64,000 nucleotides of DNA from Octopus vulgaris (Eukaryota): NCBI GenBank assembly GCA_951406725.2, contig OX597821.1, positions 31,062,001 through 31,126,000 on the forward strand, written 5' to 3'. This document shows, piece by piece, positions 42,991 through 55,550 of the stretch. The notes below the pieces were generated by a model. The model had not been told where the DNA came from and made no database searches. It worked only from the letters and a program-made list of their open reading frames with translations. The first letter of the stretch is position 1, and each line of letters opens with the position of its first letter. The translations under genes and the position numbers were made by a program.

Positions 42991-43097
42991 TTATTTCAAC
43001 ACTTCTTTTCAAAATTATTTCAACATTTTTCAAAAGTTCTTTTCACAATTATCTCCACAGTCTTTTCAAAATTATTTCAACATAAACAGTTCTTTTC
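42991..43097. repeat. Degenerate minisatellite (ttatttcaaca...cttttcaaaa, ~4 units)
   Basis: Direct reading. Confidence 0.7.
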
Positions 43098-43365
43098 TAC
43101 TTAGCATTTTATATAGTTCCTAATTTCCTTATAGTTCATCACTGGAGCGCTGGGTTCGAAATTCACCTCGGACCCCATTGGAGCTATATCTAAAGGGAAG
43201 TCCTCTTTTACCTTTCTGTACTTATATTTTTCCATCAAAATCCATCTCGTCTCCTTATCGTAACACTCCGAGATGTCCACTTTAACAATTGCTTTCATTT
43301 TAGTTATTTCCCTTTCTATTTTTGTGTCGACCGATAAACCATTTTCATTTAATTGTTTTGACTTG

Positions 43366-43416
<51 letters not shown>

Positions 43417-43509
43417 TATCCACACACAGACACACACACTCTCTTTCACATACATACACACGCATAAGCGTAGGCGTGGCTGTGCGGTAAGAATCTTGCT
43501 TCCCGCGCA

Positions 43510-44040
43510 TGCGTCGGTCTATTCGCTGTGTTGATTTTTGACGAAAGGGGCGGAAGTTGTTGAGCTGCTTTGCAGCGGTTTGTCGGTGAGTGTTGTACCG
43601 GTGGAAGGGAATGTATTCGGACCTTAGTGAGTATGAGCTGTCCTCAGCAGAGGAGGATCTCGTTAAGGCGGTAAATAGAATGGACGATCATTTGTAAAGA
43701 GTAAATTGTTTTGTTGAGGCTGCAAAAGTGAAAAAAAGGGGAGTGGTCCTAGCCGGACTGAAGGAGCTGTGTAAGATGACACAGAAGGTGGGCGGTGCCG
43801 TAAAGGAAGGTTTGTATTTCTGCGTAGTAGCCAAACTGAAAGAAACAGTATGGAAGACGCGTGTAAGAGGAATAGTGACAGGTACCTTTGTCTCCGGCTA
43901 GGAGTCTGTGAATTCTTTTAGTTACTACCTCGTAAGTAACATCAAGATAGAGAATAGGTGCCTTTTGCTGAGTACATTCGTGAAAAGAGGGAAGCTTGTG
44001 GCAAGCAAGTTGAGAGTGACCGACACCAGTTAAGTGGGGT
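43510..44040 (+). mobile_element. L1/Tx1 ORF2 C-terminal relic
   Basis: FCVVAKLKETVWKTRVRG...FSYYL..NIKIE.RCL...FVKR matches the Tx1 C-terminal pattern (AK..IW..R...F..RW). Confidence 0.65.
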
Positions 44041-44261
44041 CAATGGTAAAAGGTAAAGGTTCTACCCAGATAATTGGATGCATTTTCTTCCGACGTGAAT
44101 TGTTGTATATTGCAATAATAATTATATTTAAATATATTTTTAATTGTATCACTAATTACATCATTTTCTTCTGCTATCATCATTCAGATATAAATTTTTA
44201 GTTAAGCAGCTTCTTCACCCTTTGTGTTTCTCATTTTACGTCCCATCTATGTACCTCTTTT

Positions 44262-44563
44262 ATGGCCACGGGCCGACCAAAGCCTTGTGAGTGGATTTGT
44301 TAGACGTAAACTGAAAGAAGCCCATCGTATATATATATATATATGTGTGTGTATATATGTGTGTGTGTATGTTTGTCTGTGTTTGTTCCCACAGAATCGC
44401 TTGACAACCTTTATTTGATTGTTTACGTCCCCGGTTCAGCAAAAGAGACCGATTGAATGAGTCTTAGGTTTACAAAGAATAAGTCCTGGGGTCAATTTGT
44501 TTAATTAAAGGCGGTGCTCCAGCATGGTCGCAGTCAAATGACTGAAACAAGTAGAAGAATAAA
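44262..44563 (+). mobile_element. SINE family B, 3' two-thirds (a head fragment lies at 43468-43504)
   Basis: gggccgaccaaagccttgtgagtggattt...ggcggtgctccagcatgg.cgcagtcaaatgactgaaac. Confidence 0.85.
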
Positions 44564-44641
44564 ATGCTAAAACACTACCTATGCATGTATATCACTAGGA
44601 GAATTTTTTTGCTGAATTTTCTACCGCGGAACAGTGTATTA

Positions 44642-44673
<32 letters not shown>

Positions 44674-45240
44674 ACAGCACACTTCTGTAGTGATACTAAA
44701 AGTCGCCAGAGAAAATAGAAGTCTCTGGAGTAATATACATTTTCAGAAGTGTAGAATGGTACTCACTCAGCATGAATATGTATATGGTTTTCATTGATAA
44801 ATATATTAAGCTAGAGATACTGAATCATCCAATAGAGTTTTTGTATCACTTTCCGATTTCGTGCAAAGTCATCCACAAGTTTCTGTTTCAAAGAATTAAG
44901 TAGATTTTTTTAACCAACCGAAAGATAATTATATGCAGCAAAGCAGTAATAGTATAATGAGATTTGGACCATCAGCTTAAATCACATGAAATCCAAATAC
45001 AGGTGATTTCAGTAACCCATAACATTCACATATATCCATGCTGATGCTCTACGGGTATATACATGTGTGTATGTGCACACGCAAACACACGCGCACACAC
45101 GGTCACACACGCACGCATTCGCACACACATATACACGCACGCACACACACACACACATACACACACATATATATATATATATATACTTACAAGGTGAGCA
45201 AAAGTGTACGTATGCTTCTATATGTATATATAGTTTTTTA

Positions 45241-46000
45241 AAAATGGAACAAGAACGCAACACACCGCAATAAAACATTCGGGGAGATAGAAGATGCGAA
45301 ACCGGACAGACAAAACAATAAAATAACTATAAAAAGACGGACAGGAAAAAAACAAGGACGTGTCATCAGTCAAATTACCAAATTATCCTTACAGTATCGG
45401 ACTGTTACACGTTAAATTCCTTTAATTCGGTTAGCCATTTCTTTAACCCGTACTTCCCCCCCTGTTTATCTCCCTTGTACCTTTCTCCATGTCCATTTGA
45501 TTTCCCCTCTTTCTCGTTTTTCCACTAATCATTCAGTCCCCCTGCCCCTACCTCTCTCTTTTCCTTCTACGTGCCCGGTTTTCGCCAGGCATGATCTTTC
45601 TATCTTGACACGGCAGCCGACCGCGAAGCATCTCGGATATCCTGTCTCTTGACTTTCATCTATTATGTTCCTGGCTCAAGGCTTTCGCTCTACACGCGCC
45701 AGCACCATTTGCTTTGTCTTTATTAGCCGAAAGACACCTGTTGTTAATTTCTTGTTTTCTGTATTTGTAATTGTGTAGCATGTTCACCATTTTTCTTTGT
45801 TGTACACATTCGCTTACTTTCTCCCAAAATATTAATGCTGTAAGGCTAGTTTAATAACTTGATTGATGAGAGGAAGCTGCACATGACCCGTCCTTGTTGT
45901 TTCCAGTCCGTTATTTATTTTCTTTATTGTTTCTCCTTTCTGTCTTCGCATCTGTTGGCATGTTTTATAGTCGTCTGTTGCGTTCTGGCTCCATTTTCTG
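45241..46000. repeat. TA-flanked composite with diverged ~155-bp inverted ends
   Basis: 45241-45395 is a diverged reverse complement of 45835-46000 (aaaatgga..agaacgcaac...aacaaggacg.gtcat...ccttacag). Confidence 0.7.
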
Positions 46001-46136
46001 GATATATATATATATATACAGCCCGCCAATTACATAGATGTATAAAAGGTGAACATTTCTATATGCTACGTTGGTTATATTGGTTGTTCGTCTGGTATGT
46101 TGATTTTGTTCATTCGTTATAAATCTTGAGGTATGT

Positions 46137-46195
46137 TTGCACTGATGATTAAAAAGCGCATTGCTGTACTAATTATGAAATCATGTGATCTGCAG
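46137..46195 (+). ncRNA. Type I hammerhead-ribozyme-like motif
   Basis: UUGCA CUGAUGA [degenerate stem II] GAAA UCA UG UGA UC UGCAG: 5-bp stem I, intact core, stem III, AUC triplet. Confidence 0.6.
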
Positions 46196-46601
46196 CTAAA
46201 TTCTGTTTTAAATGACTTGCTTCGAGAGTTCCATTTGGTACGATGTGTTTATTTATTTGGGTAGTTTTTACTTTAAGAGTCCCTCCTAGCGTGTGGCATT
46301 TATGTATAGTAATGTGCTTTATATAACACACACACATACACACACACAGACACAAACACACGCCTATATATATATATATATATATACAAAGTAAGATAGG
46401 GGTTATGAAGGTAACCCACTATACGAAGCATGATAATCCAATGTAATGTGATATACTGTTCATTGCTGTTCTTCATGTTTTTTGCACATGTGATTAATAT
46501 GTACGATTTACCTATGTGTGTATATGTATGTATATTTGTATATTTTATATGTATATATGTGTTTACGTATATATATATATATACATATTTATATATATAT
46601 T

Positions 46602-46649
<48 letters not shown>

Positions 46650-46755
46650 CTTTGAGTATCTGTCTTATTATTTATTTTCTTGTTCTTATTGGATAGTATG
46701 GGAAGCATGTTTTTTATATATCAATATTATTATCATAACATTATAGTTATGTATA

Positions 46756-46886
46756 TCCTCTGACAGGCATTTGATTATTTAAGCGGAGAAATATAATCTT
46801 TAATGCTTAAGACTATACTACCATGGCATATGTGGACAATTTAAGTTGAATTTTCTCTTGACCATAGGCGGAAACAGCTGTAAGGA
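46756..46886 (+). ncRNA. Degenerate type I hammerhead-like motif with long stem II insert
   Basis: UCCU CUGACAG ... GAAAC AGCU GUA AGGA: stem I and palindromic stem III present, core mutated. Confidence 0.45.
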
Positions 46887-48562
46887 GCAGTTTATTTGTA
46901 TTATCTTTATTTTGTTATTAATTTGCATATTGATGTATATTGTTGTGTTCGATTTTCATGTTCCTATTTGTATAATTAATAAATAATATGAAATTGTAAT
47001 ATCCGTAAATTGATGATCGAAATGAATTTGTTCCCCCATTTTCTTATTTGTATATATATGTATATATATATATTTACATGTATCTATGCATACATACATT
47101 CATGCATATATATTTATATATGTCCATGTGTATATGTGTGTGTGCGTGAGTGTATAAGAGTAACTGTTCAAGGTGTTATATATGCAACATTGATTTTCTT
47201 ATATATTTATATATTTTTATATGATGTTTATATATTTATATATTACAAAATGTTTAAACGTCGGGCTTTATATCTGTTCTGTAGTTATAAATGAATATAT
47301 GAATATATGTATGTGTTTGATCTTTCTGTGTATTTTGTAGTGTTCTTGTAGTTGCTGCTCGAATTGCCTCCCCTCGGATTAAAAAACTAAGTGTAACTGT
47401 ATGTATGTAAATATATACATATACATGCATTTATCCAAAATGTTCATAAGTCAACTAATAAACAATTTGAATTCCTATAACTAGAAGTTTTTCTTTGTAA
47501 ATGCTGATGCAAAATTCCATATAATATCCGGGTGCGTGTAGGTAATAAATTATTTAGTTTTTCTTATTTATAGAACTAAATAATCATCGTATCTTACAAT
47601 AGACTACTTATAGTTTATTAGTATATTCGGAAATCAATTCATTACTCTTCCAATAGATATAACGCGTTTTTATACCCCAAGTGATGTTTTCCTATGTTGT
47701 TGGCAATGACGAAAGTAACGATCTTTTTATTTTAAAATTAAACGCATTTCTGTTAGTAACTTCGATTAAATCCTATTTAACAACCGTTAGTTCGGAAGTT
47801 AGTGATATCCTTGAAATAAAATACCTTTAACGCATACATGGTTTGAGGGATTACAAATCAGTTTTATCCCCAAACGGTAACATAATACAAATTTTAGAAA
47901 TGAATAGAACGAACTTCTTTATAATTTTATGTTTAATAAAACAATGTAGCAGAACTTACGCAAGTAAGTATTTACTTCCCTGTGTAGAGTGGCGAGAACG
48001 GAAATTTTAGATTTGAGGATTTATTAGGATTACTTTTTATCAGGGAACATTACAAGCATCTATAGACTATCGTGATAAACAAAAAAGTAAAAAGACGAGG
48101 ATACAATACACACGCACTGAGAAAGAGAAGATCTTAATAATTGGCGATGTTTCTACACACATATATTGTGACTCTACTGAAGCATTGCAGATTTATATGT
48201 TTCGTCTTAACCAAACTAGAGCTATAAATAACAATTTCAGTGTTTTGACTTTGCATAGATCATTCTCATGATATTGCCTAATGTATTCTAAATCGGTTCG
48301 TTAAAGTTCCATCTCTTTTGGGAATGTTTCCAACATTTCCCAATCGATTTTGGAGAGGTAAGTAGAAATAGCAGTTTATTATTGACGGTGAAGATGCTGC
48401 GGTCGATTAAATTACGGTTCTTTTGATTTTCATTTAAAGATCGAATCGCAAAATAGACGCACAAAAATGAGTAAGACTGCAGGATGGGCTGGTGCAATAT
48501 CATTTGGTAAAATCTTTTGAATATAAAACGTAAATTTAAATAGAGTATAACATATTAACATA

Positions 48563-48790
48563 CGGCGTGGATCCGTGGTAAGAAACTTGCTTTCCAATCA
48601 CAGTGTTCTAGGATTAGTTCAACTGCGTGGCACCTTGTGTAAGTATCTTCTACTCTAGCCTCAGGCCGACCAAACACTTGTCAGTGGATTTAATAGGCGG
48701 AAACGGAAAGAAGCCTGTCGTATATATGTATACATGTATATATATGTACATATGTATATGTGTGCGCGTGCATGCATAAGTGTGGGTGTA
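48563..48790 (+). mobile_element. SINE family B, 5' half
   Basis: Head through aagaagcc.gtcgtata plus microsatellite. Confidence 0.8.
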
Positions 48791-50624
48791 TGTATGCATG
48801 TGTGTATCTATCTATTTATATCTCTATATAAATGAGGGAGATAATTTGAATATTAATTTAATTAATATCAATTTAAAACCAGTAGTCTAGCATATATAAA
48901 AAAAATCTGAAAAATCAGAAAATATATCAATACATGTGTATATTTAGTGACAAACCACTAGGTGGATAACCAATATGCTAGAAGATCTAACTAGAAAGAA
49001 AAGAATGTTCTCCAGAGAAATTCAACAAACACCGGTGTAATTAGTGATATAATTTCTGTTGTATGAAAACGACTATTTAACATGGTGTAATCAGTTATTC
49101 AGTTCATTGTCCAAGCATTGCGTTGAATATGAATAAAATGCTTAAAACACAAAACTGATTATTTGAACTTATGGAAAAATATTGAGCTATTCTATTGTCT
49201 CTCTGCAAGTTTATACTTCTAACATTTAAAACATTAGCAAGCTACGATATTTCTGGTTACTATGAATATTGTTCCAGAAACAGCAAAACTTGAGAATGAT
49301 TTATTTAGCTTATATCTAAACATCGTATCATTTCCATGATCTGTGCAATAATGTATAGTATGCAATTTAAAAATATAGGCATAGTGTGCTGTTCTGAAGT
49401 TTCTGTTATCTTGTGTAAAACCAATAAAAGAAAACGCAAAACAAAGTTCAGTTTCACTCCAATTTTTCCATTCATTCAATATTTAAAAGAACATTTAACT
49501 ATTGTGGCTTAGTTGTTCTTTCAAGTTATAAGGAATGCTTGGCTGTTGATATTTTAATCGTTCTTCATTGTCTGTAGTAGCACAAACTGTTTGAGCAGAA
49601 ACAAATCATAGCTACTCAAAATCTTACTCTATTTAAAATCTTAACCATAATTACATATTCCAGGACACAATTAAATAAATGCATTTAGTGAAACTACGCT
49701 TAAAACAACATTCTCATATTCATGTATCTTTAATCTTCTGAATGAGAATCCTCTTTGCACCTGAAGTGCAAAATAACGAAGTATTTTCATGGCATTATCA
49801 ATTTTACATGTTTTGATGTACTTGATGCTAGATATAGTGTTGTTTTTTTCTTACAAATTTTAAGACTGCTATATTTCCGCACAATGTGCACTCTTAATGT
49901 TTCTCGTTCCTGATCATACAATATTTCTCTCCATCTCCATAATATTTATGTACTTCTTCTCCAAAGGTTTGTCTCATTCGCCCATCTGCTCCGGTTACCC
50001 TTTCTTTTTAATGCCAATCTTTGAAGGGACAATGGTTTTGTTTTGCTTCTCCCTCCATTCAGATCTTTACCGTTTCGGACTAACTTCCAGATGAATACAT
50101 ATTTATTTTACTACGTCGGACACAATTGTTCTTCGTTTCTCGTTGAATCATCCAGCCGTATGCATAAATATGTTCTTCCCCTTCTCTATCCGTGATGTCT
50201 TCAATTATTCGTCGTCACTATATATCACACCACGGAATATTTAGTTATACTTCCTATGTTCGTTTTTGCTATTTTCTCCATCATTTTGTACCATTTCTTG
50301 CGCCTATATTGTGGATTTAGTGAAGCTGTGTAATCCTACAGGAACAAACTGAAAGTTCTTTCGAGAGATAGCTAATGATAGAAAAATTCCGTTTGTATTT
50401 CTGGTCTTGACTTTACCCATTTCGAGTAGAATCTAAAATCTTTTGCATCTCGTACAAATATATACTTCAACTTATGCTTCGTGGAGAGTCATTACATGTG
50501 TGTGTGTGTTACATGTAGAATTTGCCTAACTCGTTACTATTATTTTGGCGTCTTTTGCAATTAATTAAGAATATCTTGTTGGCATCCTTTTGTCTCGAGA
50601 AACAATGGAGTTGCGCATAAACTA

Positions 50625-50960
50625 ATCCAGTCTCGTTTTTACATTTAATGTCCTCTCTAGTTTCCTCTCCAATCTTGTATAGGCCTGGGCTAGATGTAAG
50701 AAAATCCTGGGTAGCCCAATCGTCGGGATTCCTCTCTCGATCTTGCTGACGTTGTCCAAAGGAGTGCAGAGCATTACGTTTGGCACAAGCTTGGTTGCAG
50801 GAGCTGCCAGAAGAGTGTCAATTTGAACACTAAACCGCCTACGGGGCTCCACTCCGAATTTCTTTGAAGGTTGTTTCCTTTCCGTAACCCTGGTTAGGGG
50901 CCCATACCGGGCACTGTCAGCAGGAGCCACCTGAGCACCAGACTCGTGTCAGGCAGGGTT
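50625..50960 (-). mobile_element. Probable RTE (BovB-like) LINE 5' UTR fragment
   Basis: gtccaaaggagtgcagagcattacgtttggcacaagcttggttgcaggagctgcc...ctccactccg resembles, from recall, the reverse complement of RTE-BovB 5' UTRs. Needs a Dfam/Repbase check. Confidence 0.55.
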
Positions 50961-51659
50961 GTCATTACCTGACGTAGTGAAGAAAATCGCTACCCACTAC
51001 CTATAAGAATACCTATACTGTGCGTTTACTATAATGCCATGATGTCTTCACTTAGTTATTCGTTTGTCATGTTTACTTTGAATTCACGTTATTTTTATTG
51101 TGTAGCATTCGAATAACCAGGAACTTTAACCAACATTAACTTTCACCAAATCAAACATGTTAGGTGTAACGTTACTTTAGATAGAAATATGAAAATGAAC
51201 ATTTAATTTAATTATTCTCTTTTAAATAATGAAAAAGGCAAACAAATTGCATATAAAATGAAAGCCTAACAAAATGTGTCTTAAATTGGATTTCGGCTGG
51301 AATGTAATATCCTTATCTAAAATATTACACAATATAGCGTGATCAATTATAGATAATTTCGGATATCCATAACAGACAGTATAATTAGAATGCACTTTTA
51401 GCAATAGTGTAACGATTTGTATATTTATGAATAATTAGCAAAATGAAAGAACAAATTTACGATAGGCGATTAAAAAAATGAAATTTCTCGAAAAGCTTTC
51501 AATTACACGGTGTGACAAACTAGAAATTAAGTAACATTTTTAATAATCATTAATTACATAATGCATGCGATATCTCGCAAATCGTTTTTAACACCGAATA
51601 TTTTTAACATTTGTAGTACAGTAGTTGATACACATTCTTTAATTCATGTAAATTATTGC

Positions 51660-51728
<69 letters not shown>

Positions 51729-51790
51729 TAAAAACGGTAAGATAACAAAAGAAAGAAAGAGACCTCAATATTATGTAAATAGAGGAAATT

Positions 51791-52049
51791 TATCTGCAAA
51801 ATAATATGTGACAATTATTCAATAGCCAAGATAACACCCTGAGTTTCGGATGCCCAGTTGGAAATCCACAACACCATCTCTTCGGTTATCTGGCCATCTG
51901 AAAAACCTTTGTATAACGGTCTTTTTTCATAGCGTTTTTCAGATGGCCAGATAACCGAAGAAATGGAGTTGTGGATTTCCACCTCGGCATCCGAAACTCA
52001 GAGTTTTATATTGGCTATTGAATAATTGTCACATATTATTTTACAGATA
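51791..52049. repeat. Inverted repeat (~116-bp arms, 27-bp spacer) within a (TA)n-embedded element; each arm has a hammerhead-like motif
   Basis: 51791-51906 vs 51934-52049. Plus-strand motif AUAA CCGAAGA ...CAUCC GAAAC UCAGA GUU UUAU at 51951-52009. Confidence 0.9.
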
Positions 52050-52118
52050 TATATATATAATTACTGCTGTATCACCGATTCCATATACATGCATACACAC
52101 ACACAAACACACACACAC

Positions 52119-52155
<37 letters not shown>

Positions 52156-52858
52156 CACATATGTTTATATGTATATAGTAAGTTATAAAATAAGATAGCT
52201 GCGCGGGCAAAAGCACCGAATATTAGTGTCGATTAAAGCTGTGAATTTTCTGAAAGTATTTCCCAAGGTGGAATAACTATACTGCCAATAAAGACTCCCA
52301 AAAGTTTCCGATGATACATTTTTAAAAACCTTTTTGTCTATGATTATGGCTTTCTACTAAGCTTACAATGTCAGTATTTCTCGTCCTTAATTATACATAT
52401 GTTTATCTACTCATATATATGATATGATTTAATTGTTATTGAGAGTAAAATTGTAGCTGCAAGAAATAATTGCGCAGTATAGCAGATATATATCGATATC
52501 TAATTATATTCATTGAACTTGAATGAGAAAAAACTGACTTATTCTAATGATCAATTATATAATTGTAATTGCGTAATTGACTTTTTTTTTCTTTATCACA
52601 GAGTTAATTAGAAAGTAATGAAAATTACTTCTATTAACATTCTCTCTCAGTGAACATTGTATGTATCACTTCCATTTTTTTTGAGATACTATTTTTATCT
52701 CGCTCCTAATTTCACATGTGTATGACATTGTTTCAAAATTAGTTAAGTCATAAATATAAGCCCCGAATTATTTGTTTTCGCTTTTAAAATGTCCATAACA
52801 TATACTAGTTAGATGTTCTCAAATAAAGAAAAGGCAGATTCCGCTAAGTTGCCTACGG

Positions 52859-52892
<34 letters not shown>

Positions 52893-53561
52893 TACGTACA
52901 CACACACACACACATATGTATATTACTGAGATGTACTTGCATAGCAAGTGTCTTGATCTGTAATCGTGTGCTAGTGAATCTCTCATTTTACTCAAAGGGA
53001 AATTAGCATAGGATGTTTGCCCTTGTTATATAAAATCATGTTCATGACATGAATATATGGACATTTCCTAGTAGTTGAGGATAACGTTACTATAGATTGT
53101 AAATGTAATATAGCGTTTATTGTTGTAATAGCACAAGTTATTTGTGCGTGGATCGTTAGCACAAAAAGAAAAAATAATTAAAAGTGTATAGAATTTCACC
53201 TTGAGGAGAAAGGTGTCGTTCTCTATGCTACAGACCTTTTTAGATTATTGAAAAAGAAACACATCCAAATGTAAAATTTCCAAAGACGCTTTGCATTTAT
53301 ATATATATATATATATAGTAACTGCTTTTAAGGGTTTCACTGAACAAACGAAACCAATTTACACTGAGAAGGCATTACTCTAAAAATAGTCTATTCCGCG
53401 TGTAGGAAATTACATACAGGACATATCTGAAATTGATATGCAAACTTTTCCGACCAGTCTTTCGAGTTTAGTAACAAACTGCAAGTCTCTCTCCCTCCCT
53501 CTCCCCCTTCTATCTCTCTCTACAAACATATATACAATTGGAGCGTAGAAAATGATTATAT

Positions 53562-53797
53562 GCCATTTAGAACATACACAAAACAAAAGAAAAGGCTAGA
53601 ATTACTGCAACATTTAAATTTAAGTTGTGTCAAAATATTTTCGTTGCTTTGAAACCCGCAACCTATTCACTGACAAAACGTCGTACTGCAGTGAACAGGT
53701 CGCGGTTTCAAAATGACTAAAATATTTTGACACAACTTTAAATTTAAATGTTGAAATGAAACTAGCGGTATTCTTGTTTGTGTGTTCTTAAATAGCT
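53562..53797. repeat. Imperfect palindrome (core arms 53608-53672 / 53689-53753)
   Basis: caacatttaaattt.aagttgtgtcaaaatattt...ttcactg mirrored by cagtgaa...aaatattttgacacaactttaaatttaaatgttg. Confidence 0.85.
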
Positions 53798-54009
53798 TAA
53801 ATATCTTTCATGCTGCAATTGTTTTTGCTTCAGCACACGATCTCAGATCAAGACACTTACTATGCAAGTACATTTCGGATAATATATATATATATATATT
53901 ATCCGAAATGTATAGTATTAAATATCCATCACGACTGGTCTTACCAATCGGTTTCGCGTAAAGAATGCAATGGTGTGTTAGATAACAAACCGATTATATA
54001 ACTTCCTGC

Positions 54010-54590
54010 GCATCATAGATAGCCAATATAGAAAGGAGTATGGCAACTGCTCTCTATTGACGGAGGTGTATTAGTATAACCGGTCAGCGCTTGCTTTGAA
54101 AAAAGTAGTGGAACAAAAATTGGCCAGGGTGTTAGTTTAGGAGTTATACCTCTTGGTTGGGTATGCTGTGAAGCCGGCAAGAGTTACCTTGAAGTGGAGA
54201 AAAATGTGGGATGGCGCATGTGGTATGTGTAGTGGTGTCATGTATACTTGTGTTTATTAGTCTGTCTTCTTTCTGTAAATGATAAAGCCGTGGGGGAGTT
54301 GATATATTAGTGTGAGGTGTGTAACGTGTGGCTGTGGGATCTGTGTATATGTGGGGTGCAATTTGTATGAAGGGATGTATGTTGTGGGTAGAGAGATTTT
54401 ATTTTGTGCGGGTCCACATTATAGGGGTGTCTGACTGTATTTCCATGTTTGCCTTGGTGTTTGGTTTGGTCAAACTTTGCTGGGCCCAATGACATTGGTG
54501 GAAGGTCGTTTGCAGACGGTCGAGGCAGTCATTGTGGGGCGCGCTGGTAAGATTGAATGTACTTCTTTTCATGCAGGCAATGATTAAACA
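54010..54590 (-). mobile_element. Degraded C-rich retroelement relic (unassigned)
   Basis: Composition skew like 9230-9900 and 23040-23600. No diagnostic motif. Confidence 0.25.
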
Positions 54591-55283
54591 CCTCACCCTC
54601 ATCACATACCCCTTCACACAAATTATACCCCCTCATATTAGTTTTATCACTATAATATCTTATTATATAGGGAAGCATATATACGTAATAGCACAGGGTC
54701 AGTGATACATGGTACGCGCACACATGCACACACACGTAACCGCACGTTCGCACACACATACACATGCACGCACACACACAAAATTTCATTGATAATTTTC
54801 AATAAAAAATGCTTTTCCCTGATTCAACGTATATAGAAGACTGTTTCATAGTCATACATTATTCTTTAGTTTTTAATGTATCGGTTCCAAACAATATGGG
54901 ATGTTTAAAGCATATTTATTTTTTCCGCTTGATTTTGCACACTGCATCCATGTCAAAAAAAACCCTCCTGTCTTATGGTTTTTCCCTATATAATAAGCCA
55001 AACTAAAGTCATTTAAGTATTCCCGTAAAATATATCTGTATGATTTCCAGGGATATCCTGCTGAGGAAGAAATATTTAAATGTGAGTATATGTCTATGGA
55101 TATGTACGCTACTTTTCTCAAAACATTTACGGAATATTAATATTTATTTGAATATAATACATCTCAAAAGAGCAGCAGCGTTGTAGCAGACATGATTATG
55201 TAATTAATTCTTAGGTTTCACATTTTCGAGATTTCATAATATTACCATATTATACGTCATTGTAGCTATGAATATCCCATGTA

Positions 55284-55550
55284 CACTGGCTCGGGAATGA
55301 AACTTGCTTAGGGGGTGCAAATCCAGGTTCAAAAATATTTACAAACAAGGTATTTTTCTTTGTTATTTTTGTGTTTTGTTCTTTGAGACGGAACCTAACT
55401 TCATGCTACTTTTTACACATCACTTTTTATTTACCGTTTTGTAAACCCGAGGAAAATAATTAAGGCTGCAAATGTTGGTTCTGTACTCCACAAAAATAAA
55501 TTCTAGGGGCTGCACTTGCACTACCTGCACCGCCTGTTCCCGGGCCCATG
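55284..55550. mobile_element. hAT-like MITE
   Basis: 8-bp TSD cccatgta at 55276-55283 and 55551-55558. Imperfect 14-bp TIRs (cactggctcgggaa / ttcccgggcccatg). Confidence 0.75.

Noticed and set aside
42991-43097. Short repeats with variable spacing (CRISPR-like at a glance)
   Set aside because: Eukaryotic context, no unique spacers and no cas genes. It is a degenerate minisatellite.
48260-48363. Strong donor GAG|gtaagt with an upstream acceptor
   Set aside because: All frames from the acceptor are closed and there is no other support.
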